Source of the DNA: Lama glama
Taxonomy: Eukaryota
DNA length: 64,000 nt
Reading direction: 5' to 3'
Assembly (NCBI GenBank): GCA_028534125.1
Contig: CM052817.1
Coordinates: forward strand, 8,310,001 to 8,374,000
Below the pieces are notes generated by a model. It worked only from the letters and a program-made list of their open reading frames with translations, was not told the origin of the DNA and did not search any database. The position numbers were made by a program, and so were the translations under genes. Below, piece by piece: positions 62,732 to 64,000 of this stretch (its first letter is position 1; every line of letters starts with the position of its first letter).

Positions 62732-64000
62732 AGATTCAGTATTTCTTTCTCCCAAGAGGATGCTGAAACTCTGAGAGGTTGGGTAACTGGCTCAAGGACA
62801 CCGAGCAGATAAGTAGCAGAAGCTACATGTGATTCTCTGCTGCAAAAACCAGGTCATGCTCTTTTCTCCCTCTTGTGGGAGCCCTTTGAGTGTGAAATGC
62901 CTTACCCAGAGCACAGGGTGAGCTGGTGACAGCCCTGTACCTGATCCCAGCCCAGTGACTCCTGATGCTCTGAGCTCTGCGCCTCACACGCCACCCTCCA
63001 TCCATCTTCTCTCCCTTCTCTAGGTCCGAAGATGTGAACCAGTCCTTGGAAGATGGTCTGCCAGCTACTGAGTGGAAAAATACCGTTAGAGAAACAAGGA
63101 AGGGAAAAAAAAAGTGAAGAGGAGACGCAAACACCTTATTTATCACTCTTGACTTCATTACAAAAGATCTGCAAAGCTCACAAAAAGAATCAACCTGCAA
63201 ATCATGTTACGGCTAATAAAACAGTAATTTAAACACCCCTGGCTCTACCTGCAGTGTCCCGAGGTACTCACAATGCCCTTTCTGTGTTTTATTTTAGGGC
63301 CCAGTACAAAAAGTGTTCACCTTAACGTAATTAACTTTTTTTTATCATTAAGATTCTGAAAAATTGAATTGTGTTGGACACAGGTCACTGTAATGAGAAT
63401 TTAATGGCGACGTATTAAAATGTGAGCTAAGCTTTGAATACCTGCTAGAGGCGTCACATTGCTACTGACCTATGTAAATTTCCATCTCAGTGGCCCCTAT
63501 TCTTCCCACTGTGGCTTTCGGCCCCCTCCCCGCTTTCCTCTCATCTCCTTAAACAATGATTCCCTCATTTTCATATTAATTGCATCACTTAACTGAGATA
63601 ATGCTCCCTCTGAAATGAGCAAAGGGATGAATCACTGAAACGGGCCATTATTCTTTTTGCTTAACCAATTTCACAGGCCTGCACAAAGCACTGCCTTCAT
63701 TTGGTTTCCTATAATTGCTTATCATTAGGCCCAGCCGCCCCACGAAGCACCTTTTTATTTATTTAAGTCTCATCTCTGATGGATGGAAAATGAGTCACTT
63801 GCATATCTGAGGAGCCCAGACGGTTCCAGGCAAGGGGGTGGTGGGTTACCCAGGAGAACTCGGAAGGCAGAAGTCAAGAAGAAGCACACCCAGGTGAATG
63901 TCCCTGCCCCTTGCCCTTTCCCCATGGGTTTCCCAGGAGGAGGCACAGCTATCAGGTGACCGCAGGGCATTCTGCAGCAGTGCCCCCAGCTCCCTATAAT

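Noticed and set aside
1..64000. The many 60-180 aa ORFs as protein-coding genes
   Set aside because: They overlap decayed TEs or low-complexity DNA and show no recognisable domain or consistent exon structure; the recognisable ones are L1 fragments. Small real exons cannot be fully excluded by eye.
1..64000. TE strand bias indicating a host gene orientation
   Set aside because: LTRs split about evenly between strands and L1s occur on both, so intronic versus intergenic status cannot be inferred.
1..64000. CRISPR array, retron, operon or other novel system
   Set aside because: No regularly spaced repeats or gene-dense architecture; the content is explained by mammalian TEs and non-coding DNA.

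Overview
Repeat-rich, non-coding mammalian genomic DNA, most likely from a camelid. That call rests on a tRNA-Ala-derived SINE resembling vic-1 and on a recurring lineage-specific L1 3' end; it is recognition from memory, not a database result. I found no credible cellular protein-coding exon, RNA gene or CRISPR/prokaryotic system. The only ORFs with recognisable products are decayed LINE-1 ORF1/ORF2 fragments. The window contains many MIR and L2 relics, old and young L1 fragments, about 13 solo MaLR/ERVL/ERV1 LTRs, several hAT/Tc2 MITEs, microsatellites and a 500-N assembly gap. The most notable structures are three. First, a 103-bp unique segment is copied 1.42 kb downstream into the middle of a MIR. 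Second, an apparently ORF1-only, prematurely polyadenylated L1 has its own TSD and carries nested antisense L1 pieces. Third, several repeat-free blocks rich in homeodomain motifs are candidate conserved enhancers. I cannot support a claim of a novel biological system. Repeat family names are by-eye recognitions, and boundaries of old repeats are approximate (tens of bp).
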